Of a stretch of DNA of 64,000 nucleotides, positions 9,636 through 17,706 are shown piece after piece; positions within the stretch are counted from its first letter, which is position 1, and each line of letters begins with the position of its first letter. A model generated the notes under the pieces. That model saw nothing but the letters and a program-made list of their open reading frames with translations, made no database searches and was not told where the DNA came from. A program made the position numbers and the translations under genes. The DNA is from Myxococcota bacterium (GTDB lineage: Bacteria > Myxococcota_A > UBA9160 > UBA4427), in NCBI GenBank assembly GCA_041389445.1, contig JAWKRW010000001.1:970686-1034685 (forward strand). The letters run 5' to 3'.

Positions 9636-9710
9636 CGTCGGGAAAAGACGTCCGAAAAGGACGCGCGAGAAAGACGCGCGAAACATGGGGGAAAAGATGC
9701 GAAAGACGAT
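9636..9710 (+). repeat. Purine-rich repeated RAAAGAYG motifs in the leader and first codons of the Lpp-like gene
   Basis: Cores at 9643-9650 aaaagacg, 9655-9663 aaaaggacg, 9669-9676 gaaagacg, 9692-9699 aaaagatg (contains the ATG) and 9701-9708 gaaagacg. An unusually A-rich patch in a GC-rich genome. Confidence 0.6.
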
Positions 9711-9972
9711 CTCTGCTCTGGCCCTGCTCGGCATCGTCGCCGGAACGGGCTGCGCCTCGACGGCCGACATGACCCAGCTCAAGAGCGACGTGGCGGCGGC
9801 CCGCGAGGAAGCGGCTGAGGCGCGACGGATCGCGGACGAGGCGCGCGACGCGGCGATGGCGGCCCAGGCAGACGCGAGCGCGGCGCGGGCAGCGGCAGAC
9901 ACGGCGGCGGCCCAGGCGCAGACGGCGAGCGAGAAGGCCGACCGCATCTTTCAGCGATCTCTGCATAAATAG
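9697..9972 (+). CDS. Lpp/OprI-type alanine-zipper outer-membrane lipoprotein with C-terminal lysine
   Basis: MRKTISALALLGIVAGTG|C lipobox. Ala/Glu/Arg-rich coiled-coil body resembling Pseudomonas OprI and E. coli Lpp. Ends ...FQRSLHK*. The second ATG (9697) is preferred over 9685 because GGGGGAAAAG precedes it. Confidence 0.8.
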   Translation: MRKTISALALLGIVAGTGCASTADMTQLKSDVAAAREEAAEARRIADEARDAAMAAQADASAARAAADTAAAQAQTASEKADRIFQRSLHK

Positions 9973-10072
9973 CGGCGCATTCCAGAGCGAGACCCCGGCG
10001 CGCACGGCGCTCCTCCGGGAGACGTGCGCCCGGGACCTGGCGTCCGGTCGCATCCGACCGCGGATCGACCGC

Positions 10073-10483
10073 GTGCTCGTCGAGAAGGGCGCGCGTCGGC
10101 TGTCGCTCTGGTACGCGGGATTTCCGGTGCGCACGTTCCGCGTGGCCCTCGGCAACGTCCCCGTCGGACCGAAGCAGCAGGCGGGCGACGGTCGCACGCC
10201 CGAAGGCCACTACTGGATCTCGGGACGCAACGCGCGGAGTCGCTACTACCGCGCGCTCCAGATCTCGTACCCTTCGACGGCCGATCGGATCGCCGCGGAG
10301 CGGGCCGGTCGCGAGACGGGCGGGGACATCATGATCCACGGCCTGCCGAGGGGCGCCGGCTGGATCGGCAAGCACCACGCCGGATTCGATTGGACCCGCG
10401 GCTGCATCGCCGTCACGAACGAGGAAATCGATGAGATCTGGGAGCTCGTCTCCGACGGAACGCCCATTGAGATCCGGCCCTAG
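10073..10483 (+). CDS. YafK/DpaA-like YkuD (L,D-transpeptidase-fold) protein
   Basis: GTG start at 10073. Motifs GPKQQAGDGRTPEGHY, SRYYRALQISYP, IMIHG and TRGCIAVTNEEIDEI match my recollection of E. coli YafK. No signal peptide is visible from this start. Confidence 0.75.
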   Translation: MLVEKGARRLSLWYAGFPVRTFRVALGNVPVGPKQQAGDGRTPEGHYWISGRNARSRYYRALQISYPSTADRIAAERAGRETGGDIMIHGLPRGAGWIGKHHAGFDWTRGCIAVTNEEIDEIWELVSDGTPIEIRP

Positions 10484-11462
10484 GCGGCCGCCTCGAAGGC
10501 CGCGGCGCGCGGTCCTTCCGATCGCGATCGTTGCGCTCGGCCTGGGCGCATCGGCCTGCGCGTTCCTGCCCACGGCGGGACCGACCGCCGACGAGGACGA
10601 CAAGCACCACCTGCTCGAGCATCCCCCCCCCTCCCCCGACCTCGTCGGCCGCCTCTCGTTCCGGCGCGCCCGCGCCGAGGACACCTTCGTGGACCTCGCG
10701 CCCGAGCTCGGCGTCGGCTACGTCGAACTCGCGCTCGCCAATCAACATCTCGATCCCTGGGTCCCGACGGCGGGCGAGCGCATCGTCGTTCCGCGCGTCC
10801 ATCTGCTTCCGGGGGGACCGCGCGACGGGATCGTCATCAATACCGGCGACATGCGGCTCTACTACTTCGCGAAGGGCGAGCGTGCGCGCAGCTATCCGAT
10901 CGGCATCGCCAAGGAAGGCTATGCCACGCCGCAAGGCACGACGAAGGTCGTCCGCAAGAAGGAGAACCCGGTCTGGTATCCGACGGCGTCCGCGCGCCGG
11001 GACGAGCCCTCGCTGCCGGCGGCCGTCCCGCCGGGCCCCGACAATCGCCTCGGCGCCTTCGCGCTCTATCTCGGCTGGCCGACCTACCTGATCCACGGCA
11101 CGAACGATCCCCGCGGTGTCGGCCGTCATTCGAGCCGCGGCTGCATCCGGCTCTATCCGAAGCACATCGAGGACTTGTTCCAGCGCGTGCCGATCGGGAC
11201 GAAGGTCCGTGTCGTCCACGAGCCGGTGAAGACGGGCTGGGTCGCGGGCGAGCTCTACCTCGAGGTGCATCCCGACCAGGATCGGGCGCTCGCCGTCGAC
11301 GAGACCGGGAAGCTCGAACAGGAGCCGGCGCGCGACCTGCGCGCGATCGTGACGAAGGCCGCGGGCAAGCACGCCGATCGCGTCGACTGGGGCCGCGTCG
11401 CGCGCGTCTCGATGCTCTCGGCCGGCATCCCGGTCCGGGTCACCGGCCGGATCGGGCGCTGA
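10431..11462 (+). CDS. ErfK/YbiS/YcfS-type L,D-transpeptidase lipoprotein
   Basis: Lipobox LGLGASAC. GIVINTGDMRLYYF, YPIGIAKEG, VPPGPDNRLGAFALYLG, IHGTNDPRGVGRHSSRGCIRL and the C-terminal LDT domain (LEVHPD...GIPVRV) closely parallel E. coli LdtA-E. The start is uncertain: ATG 10431 overlaps the previous gene by 53 nt, and TTG 10467 is an alternative. Confidence 0.8.
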   Translation: MRSGSSSPTERPLRSGPRRPPRRPRRAVLPIAIVALGLGASACAFLPTAGPTADEDDKHHLLEHPPPSPDLVGRLSFRRARAEDTFVDLAPELGVGYVELALANQHLDPWVPTAGERIVVPRVHLLPGGPRDGIVINTGDMRLYYFAKGERARSYPIGIAKEGYATPQGTTKVVRKKENPVWYPTASARRDEPSLPAAVPPGPDNRLGAFALYLGWPTYLIHGTNDPRGVGRHSSRGCIRLYPKHIEDLFQRVPIGTKVRVVHEPVKTGWVAGELYLEVHPDQDRALAVDETGKLEQEPARDLRAIVTKAAGKHADRVDWGRVARVSMLSAGIPVRVTGRIGR

Positions 11463-11484
11463 TCCGCCGCACCGCGGCCCATCG

Positions 11485-12378
11485 TCATTCGTCCGCGGCC
11501 GCCAGCCGCTCGAAGCGCGCCTGCGCCAGGCGCACCTTCGCCAGGTAGCGATGCACGTCGTGCGAGCCGCACCGCAGGCCCCTCGCCAGCTGCAGCCCGC
11601 GCCGGGCGTGGGCGCGACCCGCCCCCGCACCGCAGAGATGGATCAACGCAGCCAGGTCCTGCTTCGAGCGCAGGGATGCGCTCCGCACGGGATGCCGGAG
11701 CAGCGCCCGCTCGACGTGGCGATGGAGATAGGCCGAGGTCAGCTCGATCGCATGCGAAGGCACGACGCGGAAATAGAGACCGTTGAACCAGCAGGCATGC
11801 CAGTCGTGCCAGGGCCCCGCCTCGACGACCCGATGGTCGTGGATGCAGAGCCGCCGTGCCTCGTCGAAGGTGCCGTCGATGATCTGGAAGAGCCCGACCG
11901 CGCTCGAAGCGGGGCGGTAGATCGCGAAGGGATCGGTCGACCAGGCGAAGCGCCAGTAGGTCCGGACGACCGGATTCCCGGCGCTCTCGGTCTGGGCCAG
12001 GGCCGCGAGGAACGCGGGCGTCATGATGGCGGTCGAGTGGCGGCGGAAGAGATGGCCGTAGGCGCGCCAGGTCTGCTCGTGGCTCTTGTGGAAGCGGTCC
12101 TCGATCGGGTAGTAGAGCTCGGTCGGCTTGCGCGCGACCTGGTAGACCAGGTTCAGGCCGATCAGCAGCAGCACCGCGGCGGCGATCCCGACCGGCCACT
12201 GGATCGCGTCGGGGAGCCGCCGCCAGGCGCGGCGGGCGCGGCGGATTCCCTCGCGACGAGCCCTTCGACTCGGCCAGAGACCGGCGAGCTTGCGCAGCCA
12301 TGCAGCGACGCCGCGCGAACGGCGAGCCCGACGGCGCCGACGGCGCGCACGGTTCTTCGGGCTCGATCGGCGCGACAT
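11485..12378 (-). CDS. Membrane-anchored lytic transglycosylase (SLT domain)
   Basis: Arg-rich N-terminus followed by TM segment WPVGIAAAVLLLIGLNLVYQV. SLT motifs LAQTESAGNP and AVGLFQIIDGTF. Confidence 0.8.
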   Translation of the reverse strand: MSRRSSPKNRARRRRRRARRSRGVAAWLRKLAGLWPSRRARREGIRRARRAWRRLPDAIQWPVGIAAAVLLLIGLNLVYQVARKPTELYYPIEDRFHKSHEQTWRAYGHLFRRHSTAIMTPAFLAALAQTESAGNPVVRTYWRFAWSTDPFAIYRPASSAVGLFQIIDGTFDEARRLCIHDHRVVEAGPWHDWHACWFNGLYFRVVPSHAIELTSAYLHRHVERALLRHPVRSASLRSKQDLAALIHLCGAGAGRAHARRGLQLARGLRCGSHDVHRYLAKVRLAQARFERLAAADE

Positions 12379-12440
12379 GGCCGCAATCTATCAAACGCGG
12401 CAAGCCCCCCGAGACCGGAGCCCGGCTCCGAGCGGGTCGA

Positions 12441-14297
12441 TCAGGGCGCGACCGCGGCCGGCGCAACGTGGCCCGACCAGGGCGACCCGTCGACGACCTG
12501 AAGCCCGCGCTCGTCCGCCGTCACGAGATGGCGGCGCATCGCGGCGACCCGCCTGCGGACGCCGACGTCGACGGTCTCTTCGACGCCGTCGAAGCCGGGC
12601 GTCAGTACGAGCAGCCCGCGCTGGCCCACCAGGTAGACGCGGCCGTCGATCTCGGTCGCGTCGTGGACCTCGCCGGTCTCGCGCGCGAAGAGCTTTCCGA
12701 CGACGCGGGGGCGCTCGCCGACCGACACGTCGATCACCAGCGTGCCGCCGGGACCGGTGACGAGCGCGGTATGGCCGACGATGCGGACCTGGCTCGGACC
12801 GAACGTGCGTCCGAGCTTCATCTGGGCGATCACCCGCTGCTCCTCGAGCAGCGAGAGATTCGAGACGAAGACCGACTCGCCGTCGGCGAGGACGAGGACG
12901 TCCCCCGCTGCCCCGACGCCCTGGAGCACCCGCCGCATCGCCCGTCGGATCGTCCCCTTCGCCGGATCGATCACCTGCATGCCCTTGGCTCCGACGACGA
13001 CCAGCTCGCCGCCGACCGGCGCGATCCCGAGCACGCGTCCGATCTCGCCGCGCGTCCAGGAGTGCTCCCGCTGCGGACGTCCGTCGTCGAGGCGGACGAT
13101 CTCGAGGCCCTCCTCGCCGAAGATCGCGACGCGAGCGCCGAGGACGCGGACGCCGCTCCATTTCTTGTAGTTCTCGCCGCGGTCGTAGCGCGCGAGCTTC
13201 GCGGGTCGCTGCGGGTCGGCGAGGTCGAACACGTCGAGGTCCCCGTCCTCGTAGAGCACGATCGTCCGGTCCCCCGCCGCTGCGACATCGACGACCGGGC
13301 GCGCCAAGTCCATCGCCGGTCGCACGGCGCGATCGTTGTTCCAGCGGGCGAAGGGCACGAAGAACTCGGCCCAGTAGCGCGGCGCCGCTGCGGAGAAGAG
13401 CACCGAGGAGCCGGGAACGTGGGCCTTGTCCTCGAGTCGGATCTCGAACGTCCGCTCGAGGATCGCGTTGCCGGTCTCCGCGTCCCGCAGCACGAGACGC
13501 GTCTGCCCGAGCACGCCCGGCCGCGCGAGGCGCGCCCCTTCATCGACCTTGGCGACCGCCTCCTCGTGGTGGGCGACCTCGAGCACCATCGCGGGGCCGC
13601 CCCGCTTCGAGCCCGCCGGCAGCATCACGAGCGCGATGCCGGCCCGCAGCGCGAGCTCGCGGATGCGCTCCTCGAGCTTGACCCGGACCCGGCGCGCCTC
13701 GGGCGTCGCCGGGTCGATTTCGAAGTGCAGGCCCAGTCGATTCGAGCCGCTGGTGCGGCGCGCCGCGACGGTCTCGGCGGTGCGCGCGGCCTCGGCGGCG
13801 AAGTCGCTCGCGGGATGGATCCGCGCGAACTCCGCGAGTCGGGCGGGGTCGCTGCCGAAGCCCCGCGCCTCGAGGTAGGTCGCGTTGCCGATCGCCCGGG
13901 CCGCGTGCGCACCGTCCGGGAACTCGCTCAGGAACGCACGATAGGACTCCGACGTGCCGAGCGCGCGGGCGAGATCGAAGGCGGGGGCTTCGAGGGCCGG
14001 TTTGAGGCGAGCGAGCAGCCCGCTCGCGGGATACTTCTTGCGGTACTCCTCGAAGCCCGCGAGCGAGGGGCTGGCGAGGAGCTTGTGATAGTCGAGGCGC
14101 TCCTTCGCTTCGGCGGCGTGCTTCGAGTCGCCGTGCTCGCGCAGGAAGCGGTAGTAGGCGGACGGCGTGTCCTCGGCGAGCGTCTGCTTCCAGGCGCTGC
14201 CGAGACAGCCGCTCAGGGCGGCCAGCGCGGTCAGGACGAGGACGGCGGTGGTCCGGCCTCCGCATCGGGCCAGGCGCGATTCGATGCGCATCGTCAT
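12441..14297 (-). CDS. Lipoprotein with N-terminal helical repeat region and C-terminal beta-propeller-like (LVIVD-type) repeats
   Basis: ATG at 14297 preceded by GGGGGGAG. Lipobox LAALSGC. Repeated Y-x-x-F-L-x-x-(F/Y)P motifs (YYRFLREHGD, FEEYRKKYP, YRAFLSEFPD). C-terminal repeats of the type VFDLADPQRPAKLARYD. Only this 3' part of the 1404-aa track ORF is credible. Confidence 0.7.
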   Translation of the reverse strand: MTMRIESRLARCGGRTTAVLVLTALAALSGCLGSAWKQTLAEDTPSAYYRFLREHGDSKHAAEAKERLDYHKLLASPSLAGFEEYRKKYPASGLLARLKPALEAPAFDLARALGTSESYRAFLSEFPDGAHAARAIGNATYLEARGFGSDPARLAEFARIHPASDFAAEAARTAETVAARRTSGSNRLGLHFEIDPATPEARRVRVKLEERIRELALRAGIALVMLPAGSKRGGPAMVLEVAHHEEAVAKVDEGARLARPGVLGQTRLVLRDAETGNAILERTFEIRLEDKAHVPGSSVLFSAAAPRYWAEFFVPFARWNNDRAVRPAMDLARPVVDVAAAGDRTIVLYEDGDLDVFDLADPQRPAKLARYDRGENYKKWSGVRVLGARVAIFGEEGLEIVRLDDGRPQREHSWTRGEIGRVLGIAPVGGELVVVGAKGMQVIDPAKGTIRRAMRRVLQGVGAAGDVLVLADGESVFVSNLSLLEEQRVIAQMKLGRTFGPSQVRIVGHTALVTGPGGTLVIDVSVGERPRVVGKLFARETGEVHDATEIDGRVYLVGQRGLLVLTPGFDGVEETVDVGVRRRVAAMRRHLVTADERGLQVVDGSPWSGHVAPAAVAP

Positions 14298-14555
14298 GGC
14301 AGAGCTCCCCCCATCGGCGCGCGTCCGGGCGGGTCGCGCCGCGCAACCTCCGCGGGATCGGCCCGGTCCGGGATCCACTTGAGACGGCCCGCGGGGTTCG
14401 GCCGGAGTTGCCCATTCCTGATAGGATCGGGCGGCCGCTGGGCTCCGATCGCCGGCCCGGGCTGATCCCGACGGATCGGCCTCGATCGCGTGGATGGGCC
14501 CGATCGTGCGGAACCCGATCGAGTGGATCTCGATTGGACGATGAAGGAGGGAGTG

Positions 14556-15488
14556 ATGGCGCATCCGGAGTCCCCCGTGATCCTCGAGGTCGCGATCAAC
14601 GGGATGACGTCGAAGGAGAAGAATCCCAACGCCCCGCGCTCCCCCGCCGAGATCGAGCGCGAGTCGCTGCGCGCCTTCGCCCTCGGCGCGAGCATCGTCC
14701 ACGCCCACAACGGCGACATCGCGCTGACCGGCCAGGCCGCCGCCGACGACTACCTCGCCGCCTGGCGTCCGATCGTGCAGGCGGTTCCCGATGCGCTCTG
14801 GTATCCGACGCTGACCTCCGGTGACGGCATGGCGGCGAAGCTCGACCACATCGAGCGCATCGCGCGGGAGGTCCCGGTCCCGATCTGCGCCTTCGACCCG
14901 GGCTCGACCAACATCGGTGCCCCCGGCCCGGGCGGGCTGCCCGTCGGCGGCGTCTACGCGGTCTCGTACGAGGACGTCCGCGTCGCCTTCGAGTTCTGCG
15001 CACGCCTGCAGATGGGCCCGGCGCTCGGCATCTACGAGCCCAACGCGCTCCGCACCACCCTCGCCTGGCATCGCGCCGGCCGCCTCCCGGCGGGCTCGAT
15101 GGTGAAGCTCTACTTCGGAGGCGAATACGGGCTGCTCTCGACGACGCCCGGCGTCAGCTTCGGATTGATGCCGACCGAATCGGGCCTGCTCGCCTACCTC
15201 GACATGCTCGAAGGATCCGGCCTTCCCTGGTCGGTCTCGGTCTGGGGCGGCGACCTGATGCAGACCCCGATCGCACGCCTGGCGCTCGAGCGCGGCGGTC
15301 ATTTGCACATCGGCGTCGAGGAGTTCTACTCCGCCGATCGCAGTCCATCGAACGAGGAATTGATCCGGGAGGCGAAGGCCCTGTGCGAGAAGGTGGGTCG
15401 ACCGTTGGCGGGGTTCGACGAGACGCGGCGCATCCTGGCCCTGCCGAGCGCCGAGCGACAGGCGGCGGCGTGCAGGCGGAGCGCCTGA
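14556..15488 (+). CDS. 3-keto-5-aminohexanoate cleavage enzyme family (BKACE/DUF849)
   Basis: GAAGGAGGGAG RBS then ATG at 14556. VILEVAINGMTSKEKNPNAPRSPAEIERESLRAFALGASIVHAH is typical of BKACE N-termini. Confidence 0.8.
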   Translation: MAHPESPVILEVAINGMTSKEKNPNAPRSPAEIERESLRAFALGASIVHAHNGDIALTGQAAADDYLAAWRPIVQAVPDALWYPTLTSGDGMAAKLDHIERIAREVPVPICAFDPGSTNIGAPGPGGLPVGGVYAVSYEDVRVAFEFCARLQMGPALGIYEPNALRTTLAWHRAGRLPAGSMVKLYFGGEYGLLSTTPGVSFGLMPTESGLLAYLDMLEGSGLPWSVSVWGGDLMQTPIARLALERGGHLHIGVEEFYSADRSPSNEELIREAKALCEKVGRPLAGFDETRRILALPSAERQAAACRRSA

Positions 15489-16762
15489 TCGCGAAGACCG
15501 CGCCGGAGGATCCACGCGCCAAGGCCGCCGCGAAGCGCCCGACCGCGGCTCGCCGACGGGCGCGCGCCCCCGCCTCGAAGCCCGCGACGGCGCCCGTCGA
15601 GGCGCAGGCGCCGCTCGGGGCCAACGCGCTCGTGGCCCAGCTGACCGAGTGGGCAGCGCTCGGCTACCACGGCCTGCGCAGCACGCTCTTCTTCGCCGAG
15701 AGCCTGCCGCTGCTCTGGCCGCAGCGGCCCGGCGTGCGACGCCGGCCGACCCGCGCGAAGCATGACGACGCGGAAGCGGCCACGGGCCGCCGGCCGCGCA
15801 GAGCGACCGCGCCCCGCGCGCCTTCCCGCGCCGAAGTGGAGACCGTGCTCGCCCGACTGCGCGCGCTCTTCGAGCACGACGCGAGACAGATCGCCCGGGG
15901 CGTGATCCCGCTCGCGACGCTCGCACCGCGGGATCCGCTCGGACACGGGCGCAGCTTCCTGCGCATTCTCGGCGACACGCCCTCGGTCGCCTCGCGACGC
16001 AAGCGGCGCGACGCGCGCGACTTCGGTCGCGAGGCGCGGGGCTGGCTCGACGAGCTCCCGGCCTACTATCGCCGCAACTTCCACTACCAGACGGACGGCT
16101 ATCTCTCCCCGCGCTCGGCCGAGCTCTACGAGCACCAGGTCGAGCTGCTCTTTCGCGGCGGGGCCGACGCGATGCGACGCCTCGTGGTGCCGCCGCTGCG
16201 TCGCCACTTCGGATCGGATCACGACGGCCGCGGCTTGCGACTGCTCGAGCTCGGCTCCGGCACGGGCAGCGCGACGCATGCCGTCGCCCGCGCGCTGCCC
16301 CGAGCGAAGCTGACCTGCGTCGACCTGAGCTTCCCCTACACGCGCCATGCGCGGCGCGCCCTCGCGGCCTACGAGCGCGTCGAGTGCATCCAGGGCGATG
16401 CCGCGAACCTCGACTTCGGCGCGGCGCGATTCGACGCGGTGTACTCGGTCTTCCTCTTCCACGAGCTGCCGCTTCCGGTCCGCGAGCAGGTCCTGGCGGA
16501 GGCCTGGCGGGTGCTCCGCCCGGGCGGCTTCTTCGGCCTCGTCGACTCGCTGCAGCGCGGCGACGATCCAGCGCTCGACTGGGCGCTCGGATTCTTTCCG
16601 CGCGAGTTCCACGAGCCCTACTACGCCCACTACGCGACGCACGCGATGGAGCCACTCGTCCGGGCCGCCGGCTTCGAGCGGCTCGAACGCGGGACCGGCT
16701 ACCTCGCGAAATGGATCAGCGCGGTCCGCGGCGCCCTCAATCCGCCCGATACCCCGGGTTGA
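15470..16762 (+). CDS. Class I SAM-dependent methyltransferase with long low-complexity N-terminal region
   Basis: LLELGSGTGS (motif I), VDLS, GDAANL, FLFHELP and LRPGGFF. The preceding YYRRNFHYQTDGYLS motif occurs in a known MTase subfamily. There is no ATG between 15383 and the core, so the GTG at 15470 is chosen (19-nt overlap with BKACE); the start is uncertain. Confidence 0.7.
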   Translation: MQAERLIAKTAPEDPRAKAAAKRPTAARRRARAPASKPATAPVEAQAPLGANALVAQLTEWAALGYHGLRSTLFFAESLPLLWPQRPGVRRRPTRAKHDDAEAATGRRPRRATAPRAPSRAEVETVLARLRALFEHDARQIARGVIPLATLAPRDPLGHGRSFLRILGDTPSVASRRKRRDARDFGREARGWLDELPAYYRRNFHYQTDGYLSPRSAELYEHQVELLFRGGADAMRRLVVPPLRRHFGSDHDGRGLRLLELGSGTGSATHAVARALPRAKLTCVDLSFPYTRHARRALAAYERVECIQGDAANLDFGAARFDAVYSVFLFHELPLPVREQVLAEAWRVLRPGGFFGLVDSLQRGDDPALDWALGFFPREFHEPYYAHYATHAMEPLVRAAGFERLERGTGYLAKWISAVRGALNPPDTPG

Positions 16763-17540
16763 ACTTGATGCGGCGCCCCGCCGTCCAGCCCGCGTCGACG
16801 GGGTAGTCGGCGCCGCTGCAGGAGAGGCTCTCGTCGGAGGCGAGGAACAGGACCATCCGCGCGATGTCGCGGACGAGCTCGATGCCTGGACGCGTCCGGT
16901 TGTGCGGAATCACGTCGTGCGTGAAGGCGAGGGTCTGGAGCGGATCGATGCCTTCCGGCGTATACGCGCGTCGCATGCCCGGGCCGCCGGCCTCGGGACA
17001 GACGGCATTCACGCGGATGCCCATCTGCCCGAGCTCGAGCGCCGCGACGCGGGTCAGCCCGCGCAGCGCCCACTTGCTCGGGACGTAGGCGGCGAGTCCG
17101 TTCTTCGCGGAGAGCCCGTCCACCGACGACACGTTGACGATCGAGCCCCCCCCGGCGGCCTGCATCGCGCGGGCGACGGCCTTCATGCCGAGGAACGGAC
17201 CGAGGGTGTTGACCCGCCAGAGACGCTCGACGACCGCGGCGGGCGTCTCGACGAACGCCTGGATGTGGAGCAGGCCCGCGTTGTTGACGAGGACGGTCGG
17301 CGGTCCGAAGCGCCGGATCGTCTCGTCGACGGCGGCGGCCCAGCTCGCCTCGTCCGTCACGTCGAGTCGGACGAACGCGGCCGCCGAGCCGATTTCGGCG
17401 GCGGTCTTCGCGCCCTCCGCCTCGAGCACGTCGGCGACGACGACCCGGGCGCCCTCTTCCGCGAAGAGGCGCGCGGTCTGCTCGCCGGTCCCACGCGCGG
17501 CGCCGGTCACGATGGCGATCTTTCCCTCGAGTCGGGGCAT
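16737..17540 (-). CDS. Short-chain dehydrogenase/reductase (SDR)
   Basis: IVTGAARGTG, NNAG and SS...YVPSK catalytic pattern. Its 3' end overlaps the convergent methyltransferase gene by 26 nt. Confidence 0.9.
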   Translation of the reverse strand: MPRLEGKIAIVTGAARGTGEQTARLFAEEGARVVVADVLEAEGAKTAAEIGSAAAFVRLDVTDEASWAAAVDETIRRFGPPTVLVNNAGLLHIQAFVETPAAVVERLWRVNTLGPFLGMKAVARAMQAAGGGSIVNVSSVDGLSAKNGLAAYVPSKWALRGLTRVAALELGQMGIRVNAVCPEAGGPGMRRAYTPEGIDPLQTLAFTHDVIPHNRTRPGIELVRDIARMVLFLASDESLSCSGADYPVDAGWTAGRRIKFNPGYRAD

Positions 17541-17706
17541 GACTCCTCCAGGCTGGCGGGCGACGCGGCCGGACGGTAGGGATTCGCCGCCTGCCTCGAA
17601 AGCGCCCGGCTAGACTGGGTCGCCGAGTCTGCAGACGCCGAGACGACCGTGATGCGATCGCGACGCGCCGACGACACGAAGCGGCCGGGCGCTGCCGGAG
17701 GATTCG

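Noticed and set aside
6893-9772. 959-aa plus-strand ORF
   Set aside because: It overlaps the MBL-fold gene in antisense and the secreted hypothetical gene out of frame. It has no motifs and an extreme Arg/Pro/Ala composition.
14298-16655. Upstream 786 codons of the 1404-aa minus-strand ORF 12441..16655
   Set aside because: This part lies antisense to the BKACE and methyltransferase genes and is Arg/Ala-rich. Only the 3' 1857 nt, from the ATG at 14297 with an RBS and lipobox, look like a real gene.
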